63,596 bases of DNA, filler included, from Octopus bimaculoides (GCF_001194135.2; 7 parts of 6 records of this genome joined end to end with filler, not necessarily neighbours in it); one strand, 5' to 3'. Shown: positions 25,875-39,860, counted from the first letter of the whole stretch. Made by a program: numbers and translations. The notes: generated by a model not told the origin, from the letters alone.

Positions 25875-26320
25875 GGCGTAAGCAAGGCTGTGAGGTAAGA
25901 TGTTTGCTTCCCAACCATATTGTTCAGGGTTCAGTCTCACAGCGTGACACACTGGGAAAGTGTCTTCTTAGGCAGGTGTTTTCTACTATAACCTCGGGCC
26001 GAATAAAGCCTTGTGAGTGGATTTGGTCGACGGAATCTGAAAGAAACCCGTCGTATATATGTGTGCGCGCGCGCGCGTGTGTGTGTGCATGCGTGTATGT
26101 TTGCGTGTGTGTCTTTGTCCCGGTGGTCGTTCTCTACCACCGCTTGACCGGTTTCGGTGCGTTTACGCCCCCATATCCTCGCGGTTCGGTAAAAGAGCTT
26201 ATAGAATAATTACCAGGCTTAAAAAAAATGTACAGGAGTCGGTTAATACGACTATAAAATTGAAGACGTTGCCCCACCATGGCCGCAGTCTAATGACTGA
26301 AACAAACAGAAGATAAAAAA
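25875..26320 (+). mobile_element. SINE family A
   Basis: Same head, core and tail, diverged. Confidence 0.85.
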
Positions 26321-27119
26321 TATGATGTGTATATGTGTAAGAGTGTGTGTGTTGATTTTCGAGGTCATTAATGAATCGTTATGCCGAAAGAAAATACCGC
26401 ACCGTATTAAGTGCCGTCTCAGTTTCCCCAGTTTAATAAGGAGCCTATGTGATTCTAGCTTTCATCCTTTTGCAATTAGATATCAGACTAAGTGCTGGGG
26501 TGGATGTAATCTTCAGAAAACCCTTGAAGGTTTGTGCCTCAGCATGGCAGCAGTCCAGTGAACGAAACCAATTATACATAATTACATTACGTCTTAATTT
26601 AAAACTGATTTCTTTTACTTTAGCTGATTACTCGATGTGGTTTATACTTCTCATCTGTAAGGTTTTCATCATATAGCTGGCAAAAGCAGTCTCTGTTTTA
26701 CCGCCACAAGGCTTAATTACATTTAAATGGGCCTGGTAGAAATAACGGATGTTGTTGCCAGCAATGTAGCATAAACGATTTTCGGGGATGTGGCCACGTT
26801 ACAATAATAAAAATAAAGTAAAAATTCATTTTCATTGGCACAGCACTTTTTATCGAAGATAAAGCTACGATTCATTGAATTAATACACGTGATATTAGCA
26901 TATAAGTGATACCGGATTTAGTTCATTTGAATTTTACTCTATCTCTATATAAAGCTTAGCCACTGACGTAATTTACCAAGATATAGTACGTCATGTATTA
27001 CTTGAATAAATTTAACGAAACAAAATCTTTGGTTCATGACAGTTTATATTTGGAACCCAAAATTCTTTTGCCTTCTTTTTTGTGTTTGTTGATTTCATCA
27101 TTGTGTGTATATACATACA

Positions 27120-27150
<31 letters not shown>

Positions 27151-27285
27151 TCATGTGTGTGTGTGTGCGTGCGTGAAAGGTGATCAAGCTTAAGTTTTTT
27201 CTTTGTAGAGATTTTATGATGTATTGAGTAATCCTTCAATTGAATGATAAATTGTTTCGATACATTACTGGATATAATAACGAAC

Positions 27286-27700
27286 ATGTGGGCTGACCAA
27301 AGCCTTATGAATGGATTTGGTAGACGGAAACTAAATGAAACTCTATAGATAGATAGATAGATAGATTTATGTGGGTGACTTTGTGTCTGTTTGTATCCCC
27401 CCCCCNNNNNNNNNNNNNNNNNNNNNNNNNNNNNNNNNNNNNNNNNNNNNNNNNNNNNNNNNNNNNNNNNNNNNNNNNNNNNNNNNNNNNNNNNNNNNNN
27501 NNNNNNNNNNNNNNNNNNNNNNNNNNNNNNNNNNNNNNNNNNNNNNNNNNNNNNNNNNNNNNNNNNNNNNNNNNNNNNNNNNNNNNNNGACTTACAAAGA
27601 TTAAGTCCTGGGGTTGATTTGTTCGATTAAAGATCTCTTTTAGGCTGTGCTCCAGCATGGCCGCAGTCGAATGAGTGAAACGAGTAAAAGAATAAAAACA
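27286..27700 (+). mobile_element. SINE family A (partial, spans gap)
   Basis: gaccaaagcctt...gacggaaact before the gap and the tail after it. Confidence 0.8.
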
Positions 27701-27704
27701 TATA

Positions 27705-27917
27705 ACGCTCAGCTCGCAGAACCGTTAGCACGCTGGGCAAAATGCTTAGCATCATTTCGTCTGTTTTGTCGTTCCCAGTTCACATTCTGTTGAGGCTGAC
27801 TTTGCCTTTCACTCTTTCGAGGTCGATAAAATTAGTACTACTTGAAAACTGGGGTTGATGTATTTGACTTCCCCTCCCTCGAAATTACTGATCTTGTGTC
27901 AAAATTTGAAACCAATA
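27705..27917 (+). mobile_element. SINE family B
   Basis: Diverged head, core and tail. Confidence 0.8.
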
Positions 27918-28780
27918 AACATTATGTATATATATATATATGTATGTATGTATCCACACACAAGCACAAACACACAAATGTATTTGTGAACCACAATGTT
28001 AAAATTAAGAACCAAACATAAAATCATTGTGAAATTCTCAGTTTTGTTGAACAGTTATCTGACTACTTTTTAAAGAATTGTACTTTTAGGGAAAATAAGA
28101 GAGAAACCACCCACTTACCTTATTAGCATAATGCTGGAAGCTCAAAAATATTTCTACTGAATAGTGCTTAGAGATCCTGTATTATTTTTATCAAAAGATA
28201 ATCTCAAATATCAACACACTAACAATAGGTTAAGAAAATATATTTCGCATGTAACTGAAGAGATTCCCCTTAAAAGTAGCAATTTATCATTCATTATGCA
28301 TTCTTCAGTTATCTGATTAATATACAGATGTTTACTGCCAAAATACAAGACATTTTCAAAAGCCAGTGTTGTAGAAACAAGATAATATAAATTTTTGCCA
28401 CAAAGCTAATTCAATTTATGATTCTTATCCTTAAAGCGCACTATGCACTTGGTTATGTACTGGTTATGGAAAAACAGGAACATTGGTTGAACACGAGAAA
28501 CTGTAACTCAAAATCTTTTGTAGAGACATGGAAAATGATAGTTGTTTGAAACAGTAACTGTGTTGTGTATGTCTACGATAACACAGAACGAAAACTTACA
28601 TAGGTAGTGATTGTAATCTTAATTAGCTATAATCATGTCTTTATTCAACAATTCTGTTTTTATACATGTGGTCTATGTTTGGGAAAATTACTATGGCGCA
28701 TATAAGGGAAGACAAAATTTTGGTAAGACCGCTTGAAATAGCCATTATATAGAAAGAAATTTGAGTGAGTTTAAGAACTA

Positions 28781-29170
28781 GGCGTAGGAGTGGCCGTGTG
28801 GTAAGTAGCTTGCTTACGAACCACATGGTTCCGGGTTCAGTCCCACTGCGTGGCACCTTGGGCAAGTGTCTTCTACTATAGCCTCGGGTCGACCAAAGCC
28901 TTGTGAGTGGATTTGGTAGACGGAAACTGTAAGAAGCCCGTCGTATATATGTATATATATATATGTTTCTGTGTCTGTGTTTGTCATCCCAACATCGCTT
29001 GACAACCGATTGGGGTGTGTTTATGTCCCCGTAACTTAGCGGTTCGGCAAAAGAGATCGATGGAATAAGTACTAGGCTTACAAAGAATAAGTCCTGGGGT
29101 CGATTTCTTCGACTAAAGGCGGTGCTCCAGCATGGCCACAATCAAATGACTGAAACAAGTAAAAGAGTAA
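28781..29170 (+). mobile_element. SINE family A, full length, young
   Basis: Almost identical to 12615-13000. Confidence 0.9.
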
Positions 29171-30149
29171 CTAAATCAAAGAGAAGGGGAAATTGAATAC
29201 TAAGAGAGTATAAAATAAAGAAAGATATTAAATAAGAGAGGTCGGGTGAGATAGTTTAGGTGTATATTAACTGATAATGAGTGAAAGATGTGTGATGTCT
29301 TGAAGCTATTCATAACGTTCGATCTTAGCTTATTTCTTACTGTATTGCAATATATAACCTTCTGTCAATGTTTACTATCAAGATGGCATTCGCGTGGAGA
29401 TAGATTATAACTTATGTCGCTGCTGGTGGTAATTTGGCATCAGTCCAAAACCTCCATATTAAATCAGAGTGCAGACATTATGTTTTCATTCTCTTTTCTT
29501 TTTAAAGCAAATTATTTTACCCCAAACAAATTCAAAATATATTTCTGAATTCTTTATCTTAGAATTGAAAACTTTTAATGAGAAATATGTTAGCATAAGA
29601 AAATTATATTATATAATAATAATTGTCTGACGGCAATAATTTAAGGACTATATTGCAGCTGTGTGAATATTATTAGTTCTTGGGTTTAATTTAATTTATT
29701 GACTACTATATTTTAAATACAGTTCAGTCTTATATGAATAGACTTATTACAAAGACGCTCCAGGCATGACCACCACATATTTTTTTCAGACATAGTGTAT
29801 CTACGATTAGTTTAGCCAATATGTCCTCCTTGTATCCAAGGAGCCATTAAAAGGAGTTCGACTGTTATTTCTGAGTGGTCGAGATTTTTGTAGAATTCAG
29901 CGCATGTAACTCTCAGCTATGATTATGCAAATTTTAGCGGCGACCATAATTTCTTCGCTACATAGCAATCTCTTCTTTGCAGGAAGTATTCAAATGATTA
30001 AAACAGAAAGGTAACGTACATACGTCCATTCACACACGCATACAAGAAGTCATCCACACAGACTCACGTACATACTTACACACACGTTTGTAGATCATAG
30101 AGAAAGACTTCAAAGTCTTAGATGGTATTGTTTGGTGTAAGCATTGCAA

Positions 30150-30510
30150 AACTTAATCCCTGCGTAGTATGTAATAGCGTCAGCAACTGAACGAACCTGG
30201 CGAACAATTACAAAGGAAATAACAAAAAGTGAAGCATGGATCCAGTATCTTGTAACATCAAAGGCTATTGAAGCCCACCACGAAAGAAAAATATACTGAA
30301 CTCGTTGTAACGAGAAAATTAAGGAGAGCTGCGTTTAGTCTGTAACTACTTACTTGTTCTTAGATAAATCAAACTATTGGCAAGGAGCATCACAGACAGT
30401 ATTCAAAGTAGATAAAGAATTGGCATAAAACAAGAGACTCACAGATGGGTCATGTGGTATGAACAATAACATGAGGAAATGTTAAGGAAATAGTAAGAGC
30501 CTCAGAATAT
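30150..30510 (+). mobile_element. Possible decayed LINE C-terminal fragment
   Basis: Purine-rich broken reading frame containing GHV (gggtcatgtgg). The evidence is weak. Confidence 0.25.
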
Positions 30511-31064
30511 ACCCTTATTTTATACCCTCCCACTAAAATAAATAAATATGTGGGGATTATACTAATGCCTTTTATCATTTACTGTTTAAACTATTCAAGC
30601 AGTAACAGTGGTGGGCTGGACTACGACGATGCAATGATGACGGTGATGGCGTGATCTTCAGGAATGTTGTAGTTTATCACCAAGACAACTCTGATCGATA
30701 AGACATTCAGATTAAAAATATTCCGAGTATGGTAATCCTGTTCTTTTTTCGGACTACTTAATCGGAAAGTCTTCCCTTTTTTGTGAGAGGTGGGTGTGTG
30801 ATTTGAAAGTAGTTGATTTTTAGTTAGCCGATTTAATGAGGAGAGACTCTTTTCTTTATTCGAAGGTCATAAAGAAGGAAAAGGAGGAGGGGTGATGGCG
30901 ATGATAACAGTAATGATGGAATGAAGACGGGAAAATTTATATTATTGCTTGCAATATTTTTTCTGAAAATTTGTTTTTGTTTGGGAGTTGAAGTCATTCT
31001 ATTGCCAGATTGACTTATAATTTACTGAAGTTTCTCCCACCCCGAATATAATATTCTTTTCTAC

Positions 31065-31415
31065 TCTAAGCACAAGGCCCGAAATTTTGGGGGAGGGGGC
31101 TAGTCGATTAGATCTATCCCAGTACACAACTGGTACTTAATTTATCGACCCCGAAAGGATGAAAGGCAAAGTCGACCTCGGCAGAATTTGAACGTAAAAA
31201 CAGACGAAATACCTATTTCGTTATTGCCCACAAGGGGCTAAACATAGAGGGAACAAACAAGAACAGATGAACGGATTAAGTCGATTACATCGACCCCAGT
31301 GCGTAACTGGTACTTAATTTATCGACCCCGAAAGGATGAAAGGCAAAGTCGACTTCGGCGGAATTTGAACTCAGAACGTAACGGCAGACGAAATACCGCT
31401 AAGCATTTCGCCCGC
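31065..31415 (-). mobile_element. SINE family B, dimeric form
   Basis: The core aactggtacttaatttatcgaccccgaaaggatgaaaggcaaagtcgac occurs twice (~31128 and ~31306). Confidence 0.9.
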
Positions 31416-31868
31416 CTCCCCGAATATAATATTCGTCGAATGAAGGAGGTCTTGTTTATGATTATTTTGACAACCTGAGACTACTGAAATGGCCAATGTA
31501 TATAACCTAAGCGTAATATGGAAATTCCAAGGAGTTGCAGCTCTGATGTAGAAGGGTTCAGAGAGTATGTAATACATACACAAATGCAGGTGTAAACCAC
31601 TATCTAGACTATATTCTAAACCACGATAGAATATGCATCGGAGAAAATTGTATCGGTAGGCACTAGATGGAGTTGTCTGGCAAAACACACCATCTACGAG
31701 ATAAGAAAAAAAGTAAACCTTACCAAGATAATCTAGTGTAGAGGGTCGTCAATAAGATGTTCAGAGTATCAAAGAGAGTACTGCTAGGCTACGTCGTCGA
31801 TTTGAGTCATCGAGGCAGTAAAGCTCAGAAAATATAACGAATGTCTCATTTAATATTACTTAAAACGT

Positions 31869-32085
31869 TAAGGCGGCGAGCTGGCAGAAACGTTAGCAAG
31901 CCGGTCGAAATGTTTAGATATTTCGTCTGCCGTTACGTTCTGAGTTCAAATTTCGCCGGGGTCGACTTTGCCTTTCATCCTTTCGGAGTCGATAAATTAA
32001 GTACCAGTTGCATACTTGGGTCGATGTAATGGACTGGTCCCCTCCCCAAGCACATCAGGTCTTGTGCCTAGAATAGAAAAGAATA
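31869..32085 (+). mobile_element. SINE family B
   Basis: Near-consensus copy. Confidence 0.9.
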
Positions 32086-33987
32086 TTAATGAAAACGTTC
32101 AAGCATAGATATTGCGTGCTCTTACATAAAAAAGCAGTTCTTTATGCGTCAAACTACGTCCGGTTGTGGGCTCTCGAGAGAGTTCTAAGTTTTAACGAGG
32201 TGTGGAATAACATCTTAGCCACTGTTGTTTTCAGGTCTACTCTGATCCTAAGTAATACCAACTGTCTGGCGTAATGACAATCAATCTGAGCGCGAGAGCC
32301 CTTGGTTGGTGTTTGGGTGCTCAGTAAGACCCTCGGGAATGAAAGGATCCTAGCTGTTGTCCTAGCCTCCTTCTACAAGAGGAACACTCTGATGTAAGGT
32401 CTGCGGTTTCACCTGATTATTAATTATCTCGCTTCAGTCTGCCACTAAGTACTAATCATACTGTCTTAAAGAGTGGTACTCATCTTGTACAATCGTTTAT
32501 CACAGTAATTCGATGATGTACAGACGTTTCATTAGAGTGACCTCAATCGTCTTTTAATCTACTGAAAATCCTATGATGGCATAAATAGAACTAACCAGTT
32601 GGAAACGCGTAATAACAACTTGCACCTGTTACCTAAGCTTCCAAACATGAAGATCTGCAACGAGACTGAATAGGAATATGAGGGGTCATAGACGGAAAAT
32701 TAGGAATGCTGCTGGCATTGAAGAGGCACAAGGAGATGGCAACCATCTGTGAAGATGGAGCAATCACCATGTGTGAGTGTGAGTGTGAGTGTGTGTGTGT
32801 GTGTGTGTGTGAGCAAATGTTTCAAAATTAAAAAGACATGATCAATTTTCAAAGACTTATTTCCAGAGACCAAATAACGTCATTTGATGCATTGAATGTT
32901 TAATTTAGTATTTAGCAGACATGCTTTGCACAGACAGGTTTCTACAGATGTAACCCGATTGGGCATCGTACTAATGAGTCGTGTCCGCACTGATGAAGCA
33001 GTATGATGAAGGGTGTATATCTACTTTTGAGATGTGTGTGTGCGTATGTATATATAAATACATATATATACACACACATACACATGCACACACGCATATA
33101 TATATATATATATATATGCATGTATATGTTGCAAGGGTTTCATCTGTCTGTCTGTGTCTCTCTTTCTCTCAAGAGTGAGAGACAGAAATCAAACCCCCCT
33201 CATTATTCCAGTTCTAAGTAAACAACGTTTGAAAAAAAAAACGAAATAAAGGATGGTCATAGCTGGAACTCCTTTGATGATATATATGGCTGATAAGGGA
33301 TGACCTGAATTAAAAATAAAACCAAATAACGTGTTATTGTTTCTATATTATTTTTTCCTTAACATAGAAAGAAGAAAAAATAATAAATCACAAAAAGAAG
33401 ACAGATAGCTACATAAAAAACAATTAAGCAAGGAAACCGCATAAAACGGTACATAAATACGTAAAGGAGTGGGACTAACATCTTAAGAGTAGACGACAAA
33501 AAAAAAATACTACAAAGGGCGTTGAATAAACTATTAGACGTTTGCACTCTGGGAATATATATTCGTAACTAGACGAAATGGTTTTGATGAACACCTCTAT
33601 GATGATATCTTCACAAATTTCTGAGACAAGATGGCTTCTTTTCATCATCAAAATATTTCTTGATACCCACTGGAATATATACCGATTTTGGAATCTAGAT
33701 AAGTGAATGCTAAAGAGAGTTACGAATGAAAGAATTGTCTTCAACATAAAACATATGGACTGCATTTTGAAAGACTATTGCTGTCGTTTTGCTTTTGTTC
33801 TTTTCTAAGATATCATATACACAAACATACATAAAGCAGGTTTTGGTGTTTTTTTTTCTTGTAGAAAGTATTTCTCGAGACATATTTGCAGGTCTTGAAT
33901 TGTCTATGTATCTATAGGAATACGTAGATGTTATGTATATGTAGCTATATGTATATATTTCAGTGTGTGTGTGCGCGCATATATATG

Positions 33988-34048
<61 letters not shown>

Positions 34049-34148
34049 NNNNNNNNNNNNNNNNNNNNNNNNNNNNNNNNNNNNNNNNNNNNTTAATTAA
34101 TTAANNNNNNNNNNNNNNNNNNNNNNNNNNNNNNNNNNNNNNNNNNNN

Positions 34149-34182
<34 letters not shown>

Positions 34183-34289
34183 TATATTCTGTATTGCACG
34201 AAACACACTCACACACATACATACATGCATCCATTCATACATGCATACATACATACATGCATACATGCATGCGTACATAAGAAGCACTC

Positions 34290-37200
34290 ACTTCCTGATG
34301 ACCTCCAATACAACCACAAATCAACCGGACTAGCATATCTCAAAGAAGACACGAAGCGAAACCTCTCTTGGACTCGTGATCACTAAATTACGTCACACTT
34401 CGAACGCTCTGCATTTGCAATCCAAGAACAGGAGATTACTACTAAATACCTAGGGGTGTCAATGACTCTCGCCACAACATCTCCCCCTTTGAAATCGACT
34501 TCCGTTAGAAGTTAATATTATTATTTTTATTTATTTATTTTTCTTTCATTACATCTCCCTTTTTGAGATTTTCCTCCTCGGGAAGTTCAATATTTCTTCC
34601 GTTTAGGCACTACTTCCAACCGTTCTGTTTGTTTTCTCTTTCTTGTGCTGCTACGCCTAGGTTCGATTTCTTGTGGCGTCATAGAGCACTTCCATGGGTA
34701 TTTCTTTTCTTTTTCCGTATATCTATTTCTTAGCTGGTTTAAATGTCTTTTGTGTTCCCATTTTCGTTTCTTATCATATATGTCATTTTGCCTATTCTTA
34801 CTACTCCGTCTTCCCAACCTTGTCTTCCATTTTTATATATTTTGAAAAACACCTAGCCACCAATATTAAAATGCTTTGGTGGATATTTAGTGTTTTCCCT
34901 ATTTGTTTTTCTTACTGGTAACAGCTTGTTGAAAATTGACTATTTTTCGAGCAAACATTAGTTCTGCAGGCGACTTGCCTCAAAAAGTGTTTGGGTTTGG
35001 CGTTATCCTATAAACCCTCAAGAATTGTGTCAATGCTGCGTCATCGACTAGCTCGTTTCTTGATTTCTTTAATACTCTTTTAAATGTATCCAGGAACCTT
35101 TCCGCATGCCCGTTTGATCTTGGGTGATATGGAGGAGTAGTGATATGTTCAATTGAGTATATCTTGCAAAACTTCTTAAATTCATTTGCCGTGAACTGTG
35201 TGCCGTTATCAGAGGCTATGGTATCCGGGACACCATATCTAGCAAAAAGTTCGTGTAGAAATTCCACTGTTACCGTGGATGTCAGTTTTCTGCATTTACA
35301 CATTTCTAGCTATTTAGGAAAGCTATTTACCACTATTAGATAATATGATCGGTTTAACAGTCCTGCGAAGTCTATGTGTAGTCTAGACCATGGAATATCG
35401 GTCTTGGACCAAGGTTGAAATTTTATAGGTGGTGATTTCGCTGCAAGAGCACGACCTCTGCAGGATTTTACCAACTTCTCAAGATCAATTTTTTGCCAGT
35501 AAACATAACTCCTCATAAGCGACTTCATTCTAGAAATTCTTTGATGTCCAATGTGGAATTCCTTTAACATTCGACCTTGTAGTGAGGTTGGCATTACGAC
35601 CTTCTGTGCATACATAAGCACATTATCACATATCGAATACAAATTTAAAACTGTTACGTCCAGCCACACGTATTTTTTTTTTTGTTTCTTCTGATCTCAC
35701 TATATTTTTATGTTTATAATAAACTCGTCCGTCTCTGCCTTAATTTTTATCTCCTCCAATGGCACAGGCAATTCCCGCACAACATTGCACAATATATTTT
35801 TTATTTCATTTTCGGCTTTTAACGCCACTATTACTGTGTCTTCTAGTGGTTCACTGTATTTTGATATTAACCTTGACAAACCATCTGCATGTCCCAATTG
35901 TTTTGAAGGCAAATGCTCTATTTAAAAGTCGTAATTCAGTAGGATCGTTCTCCAGCGCTGCAATCTGCTGTATGTGTGGAGATAACTTTTTTTTATCCCT
36001 AGATCGACAATAATGGCGGTGATCTGTCTGCAGACGGAACCTTCTTCTATGTATAAATTTATGGAATTTTGTTACTCCAAATATGATGGTTAATGCCAGT
36101 TTTTCTGTTTGACTGTAACTTTTCTTAGCTGGCAATAATGAACGCGAAGCATGAGCTATTGCTTTCAGGCTACTATCTTTATATTTGTGTAAAATCACAG
36201 CTCCAATACCACTTTCACTAGCATCTGAATTCGGATCAAAATTTGATTACAATTCCAACGTTAAGACATTTTTAATTTCTTCAAAAGCTTTTTGGCATTT
36301 GTCCGACCAGTTCCACTTAACGTTTTTTTTAACAAGTTATTCAAGGGTGCTCTTAAATCTTGCATATTCGGTATGTATACCTTGTAGTAATTTGCGAGCC
36401 CCCAAAATTCTTGTAACGTTGTAATATTTGTCAGAGGAGGCATATTTTTATTGCACTCGCCTTAGACGGATCTGGTCTGCGTCCATTTTCATCAATAATC
36501 TGCCCTAGATATTTTATTCTTGACATAAAAAATTCACACTTTTCCTCTTTTATTTTTTCGAAGACCTTTTTAACATGCTCAGCATGCTGGCCCTGAGATT
36601 CACTTTTTATGAGTATGTCATCAAGGTAAGCTACAGCGAAATCCGAACCTGCGAGCATAATATCCATAACTTGTTGGAAAATGCCAGGTGCTACCTTTAT
36701 ACCAGAAGGGAGTCGATTAAATTTATACAACTCTTTATTGGTATTTATTACAATGTGAGCTTTTATGTTCGATCTTTCCACACTCAAAACATTTACGATT
36801 TTTAAGAGAACAATTACTTCCAAAATGTAAACCTCCGCACCCATAGCATGGATTTCGTCTTGACGTTCGCTTTTTGTTTTTCTTATCCGTTTCAGGTCAC
36901 ATGCATGTATCTGAGAGCAATCTTTTTCTTCAGTTTTATACGCGTTATGTCTAAAATTTATAATCCTCTGGCATTCTTCAGCCCTGCCTGTAGAGTTAAT
37001 TTTTGGTCCTGTTCTAATTTTGTTAATATACGGGAACGTATATCGGCATCATCTCTTGCTGTTAGCCCTTGAACAAAAATTAGATATTTGAACAAATCCG
37101 GGGTTAATTAATTTAATTTGAATTTTTCACACTCTCTGCTAACGACCCCAGCATAGGTGGCGAAATCTTCATTATCTTTTTTAACTAAATCTAAACACTG

Positions 37201-37881
37201 CCAACGAGTATTGAACAGGGAACTTCTTTCACTGAAAATTCTCGATAATAAATTAATTGTTTCATCAAAACAAATCTCACCTAGTTTCTTCGGCAGAATA
37301 TAATTACAGTATTCTTCGTGTTCGGCAGAGAATAACTTTTTTAAAAGTAGTCACTTTACAATTTTTATATTCTTCGTTAAGGATTTCTTCGTACCTTCTA
37401 AAATATGCAGAAAAGTAATACCTTCTCAATTATAAAGAAATTCTTCAATTGAATTTGCTACGCCGTCTGACGAGAACGAACCAGAAGTATTTTCAGACTT
37501 CTTCAACATTATTTCCAGTAACTGTTGGTATTGTTGTTCTTGTTGTTGTAGTTGCTGTAACTGCTGTTGTTGCTGCTACACCTTCACCACGGAAACCAAT
37601 TAGTCTTCCATGTTAATGATTTTTTTTCTTTGATTTCGTATCAAAAAAATGTTTAACGTCCGACGCAAGCTTCGAATATCTCGTCGTCACTTTTATATCC
37701 TAGACAAACGTTAGAAGCGGGGGTAAAATCAATGTATTCACACGACATATTTCGCGAGACTCCAAACCGCTCTCTCAACGACTCCGACTGACCTCGTCTC
37801 AACCAATACGCTACTCTTTATAAGAGTTCGGCTAGTCCATTCTTCCAATCCCCCAGGGCTGTTGTGACTCTCACCACAACA
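34290..37881 (-). mobile_element. Decayed Gypsy/Ty3 LTR retrotransposon (gag, partial RT, RNase H, integrase)
   Basis: RT FQQVMD..AYLDDILI (36431-36844), RNase H AIAHASRSLLPA..QTDHR, integrase WSRLHIDFAG and SDNGTQF..HPRSNGHAERF, Gln-rich gag start (~37560). Both LTRs start TGTTGTGG on the minus strand (37881 and 34479). PPT-like AAAGGGGGAGA at 34480-34490 and PBS-like GTGACGACGAG at ~37680-37690. Confidence 0.9.
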
Positions 37882-38155
37882 CCAATAAAAACTGGTGCAC
37901 TTCGTTTAGTAAGTGAGTACCTAACTGTTAGTCTGGATAAGCTTGAATTTTCAGAAAAAGAAATCAACCAACTGACTCGCACATTATAAATACAGAAGAA
38001 CTATGCAATACTTTTCTCGGGTTTAAAATGTGACATTGTTTTCATCTACATTCCAATGATGGAGCTTTGTATCTTTGTTAGAAAACAACTCCTTCGTCAA
38101 AGGAAGAATTTAAATAATTAAACACAGAACATACATACATACATACATACATACA

Positions 38156-38183
<28 letters not shown>

Positions 38184-38186
<3 letters not shown>

Positions 38187-38600
38187 TAGGTGCATTCCAG
38201 AAATTTTAAAAACTTTTTCAGTAGAGAAATTTATTAATTTTAAAGAATTGCAAAACTCTAAACTTCTTCAAAGTAGTATCTTCTAACGCCAGTGCACTTT
38301 TTGTAGCGCTCCAGCCACTTTCTGAAGGCCCATGGAAGTCCTCCAAAATGAAGGTGTCGAGGACCCTTATCACAGCCTCCTTCATCTTCAAAACAATTAC
38401 TCCTGAGGATTTCCTTTAGTTTGGGCAACAACCAAATGTCACAGAGAGCAAGGTCTGGACTGTTTATGGAGGGTGTCAGGTAATTGATTACCAGGATGCT
38501 TCTCACTGAACACTCTGGAAACAAACTTTGTACGAGCTTTGCGAATGCTCAAATCTTCATGAATACTTCTGTGTAGACTAAAGTCACTTCAGGGTGAAGT
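38184..38600 (-). mobile_element. Mariner (DD34D-type) transposase 3' fragment
   Basis: ORF 38258-38524 contains SPDLALCDIWLLPKLKE...KWLERYKKC...YFEE. The end lies next to TA at the edge of an (ATAC)n tract. Confidence 0.8.
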
Positions 38601-39540
38601 GACTTTATATATAAGGGAACTGCTATTATGTATATCAGAAAATATATAAGTCGAATCAATTTGTTGGCCTTTTATGTTTTTTTAATAATTGTTTATGTTA
38701 TATAATATTATGTTATATAATATTCATAGTATAATCATGTAATATTATAATATAGATAAATTGTTGAATTGTCAATAGTATCTCTCTATTTAATTTATCA
38801 TTGTAACTGCATTATACCAATATTTATATGGTATTCAACTGACATACCAGTAAATGGGATGTTTAACACACCCTTTTGAAGTATTTCTTTTCCTCAGTTT
38901 GTTACTTTATATATATATATATATNNNNNNNNNNNNNNNNNNNNNNNNNNNNNNNNNNNNNNNNNNNNNNNNNNNNNNNNNNNNNNNNNNNNNNNNNNNN
39001 NNNNNNNNNNNNNNNNNNNNNNNNNNNNNNNNNNNNNNNNNNNNNNNNNNNNNNNNNNNNNNNNNNNNNNNNNNNNNNNNNNNNNNNNNNNNNNNNNNNN
39101 NNNNNNNNNNNNNNNNNNNNNNNNNNNNNNNNNNNNNNNNNNNNNNNNNNNNNNNNNNNNNNNNNNNNNNNNNNNNNNNNNNNNNNNNNNNNNNNNNNNN
39201 NNNNNNNNNNNNNNNNNNNNNNNNNNNNNNNNNNNNNNNNNNNNNNNNNNNNNNNNNNNNNNNNNNNNNNNNNNNNNNNNNNNNNNNNNNNNNNNNNNNN
39301 NNNNNNNNNNNNNNNNNNNNNNNNNNNNNNNNNNNNNNNNNNNNNNNNNNNNNNNNNNNNNNNNNNNNNNNNNNNNNNNNNNNNNNNNNNNNNNNNNNNN
39401 NNNNNNNNNNNNNNNNNNNNNNNNNNNNNNNNNNNNNNNNNNNNNNNNNNNNNNNNNNNNNNNNNNNNNNNNNNNNNNNNNNNNNNNNNNNNNNNNNNNN
39501 NNNNNNNNNNNNNNNNNNNNNNNNNNNNNNNNNNNNNNNA

Positions 39541-39660
39541 CGATCGCGAAATTGGTTTCAATTCCTGGACCGAGAGGTGCGTTGTGTTCTTGTGCAAAGC
39601 ACTTCGTTTTATGTTGCCCTGCAATCACTTCCACGTCTGACGAGTGCTACACCGTGCACC
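39541..39660 (-). mobile_element. SINE family C, head fragment
   Basis: gtgcgttgtgttcttgtgcaaagcacttcgttttatgttg appears on the + strand next to the gap. This reads like the sense core, so the orientation is uncertain. Confidence 0.45.
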
Positions 39661-39813
39661 TGTTCAGACAACATTGCTCTGATGGAGGGTCTGAGCTAAT
39701 ATACAGCACATATATTTGATCAGGATAAACAAGTCATTTGCGTCGGTTGTTCAGCAAGAAATTGCAGAACCGTCTTTCGCGGATTACGAGACTGCCATTA
39801 TGCATACATACAT

Positions 39814-39860
<47 letters not shown>

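Noticed and set aside
32200-32460. Possible HDV-like ribozyme or exon in a GC-richer block
   Set aside because: I could not assemble the nested P1-P4 pseudoknot by eye, and all frames after the ttttcag acceptor stop quickly.
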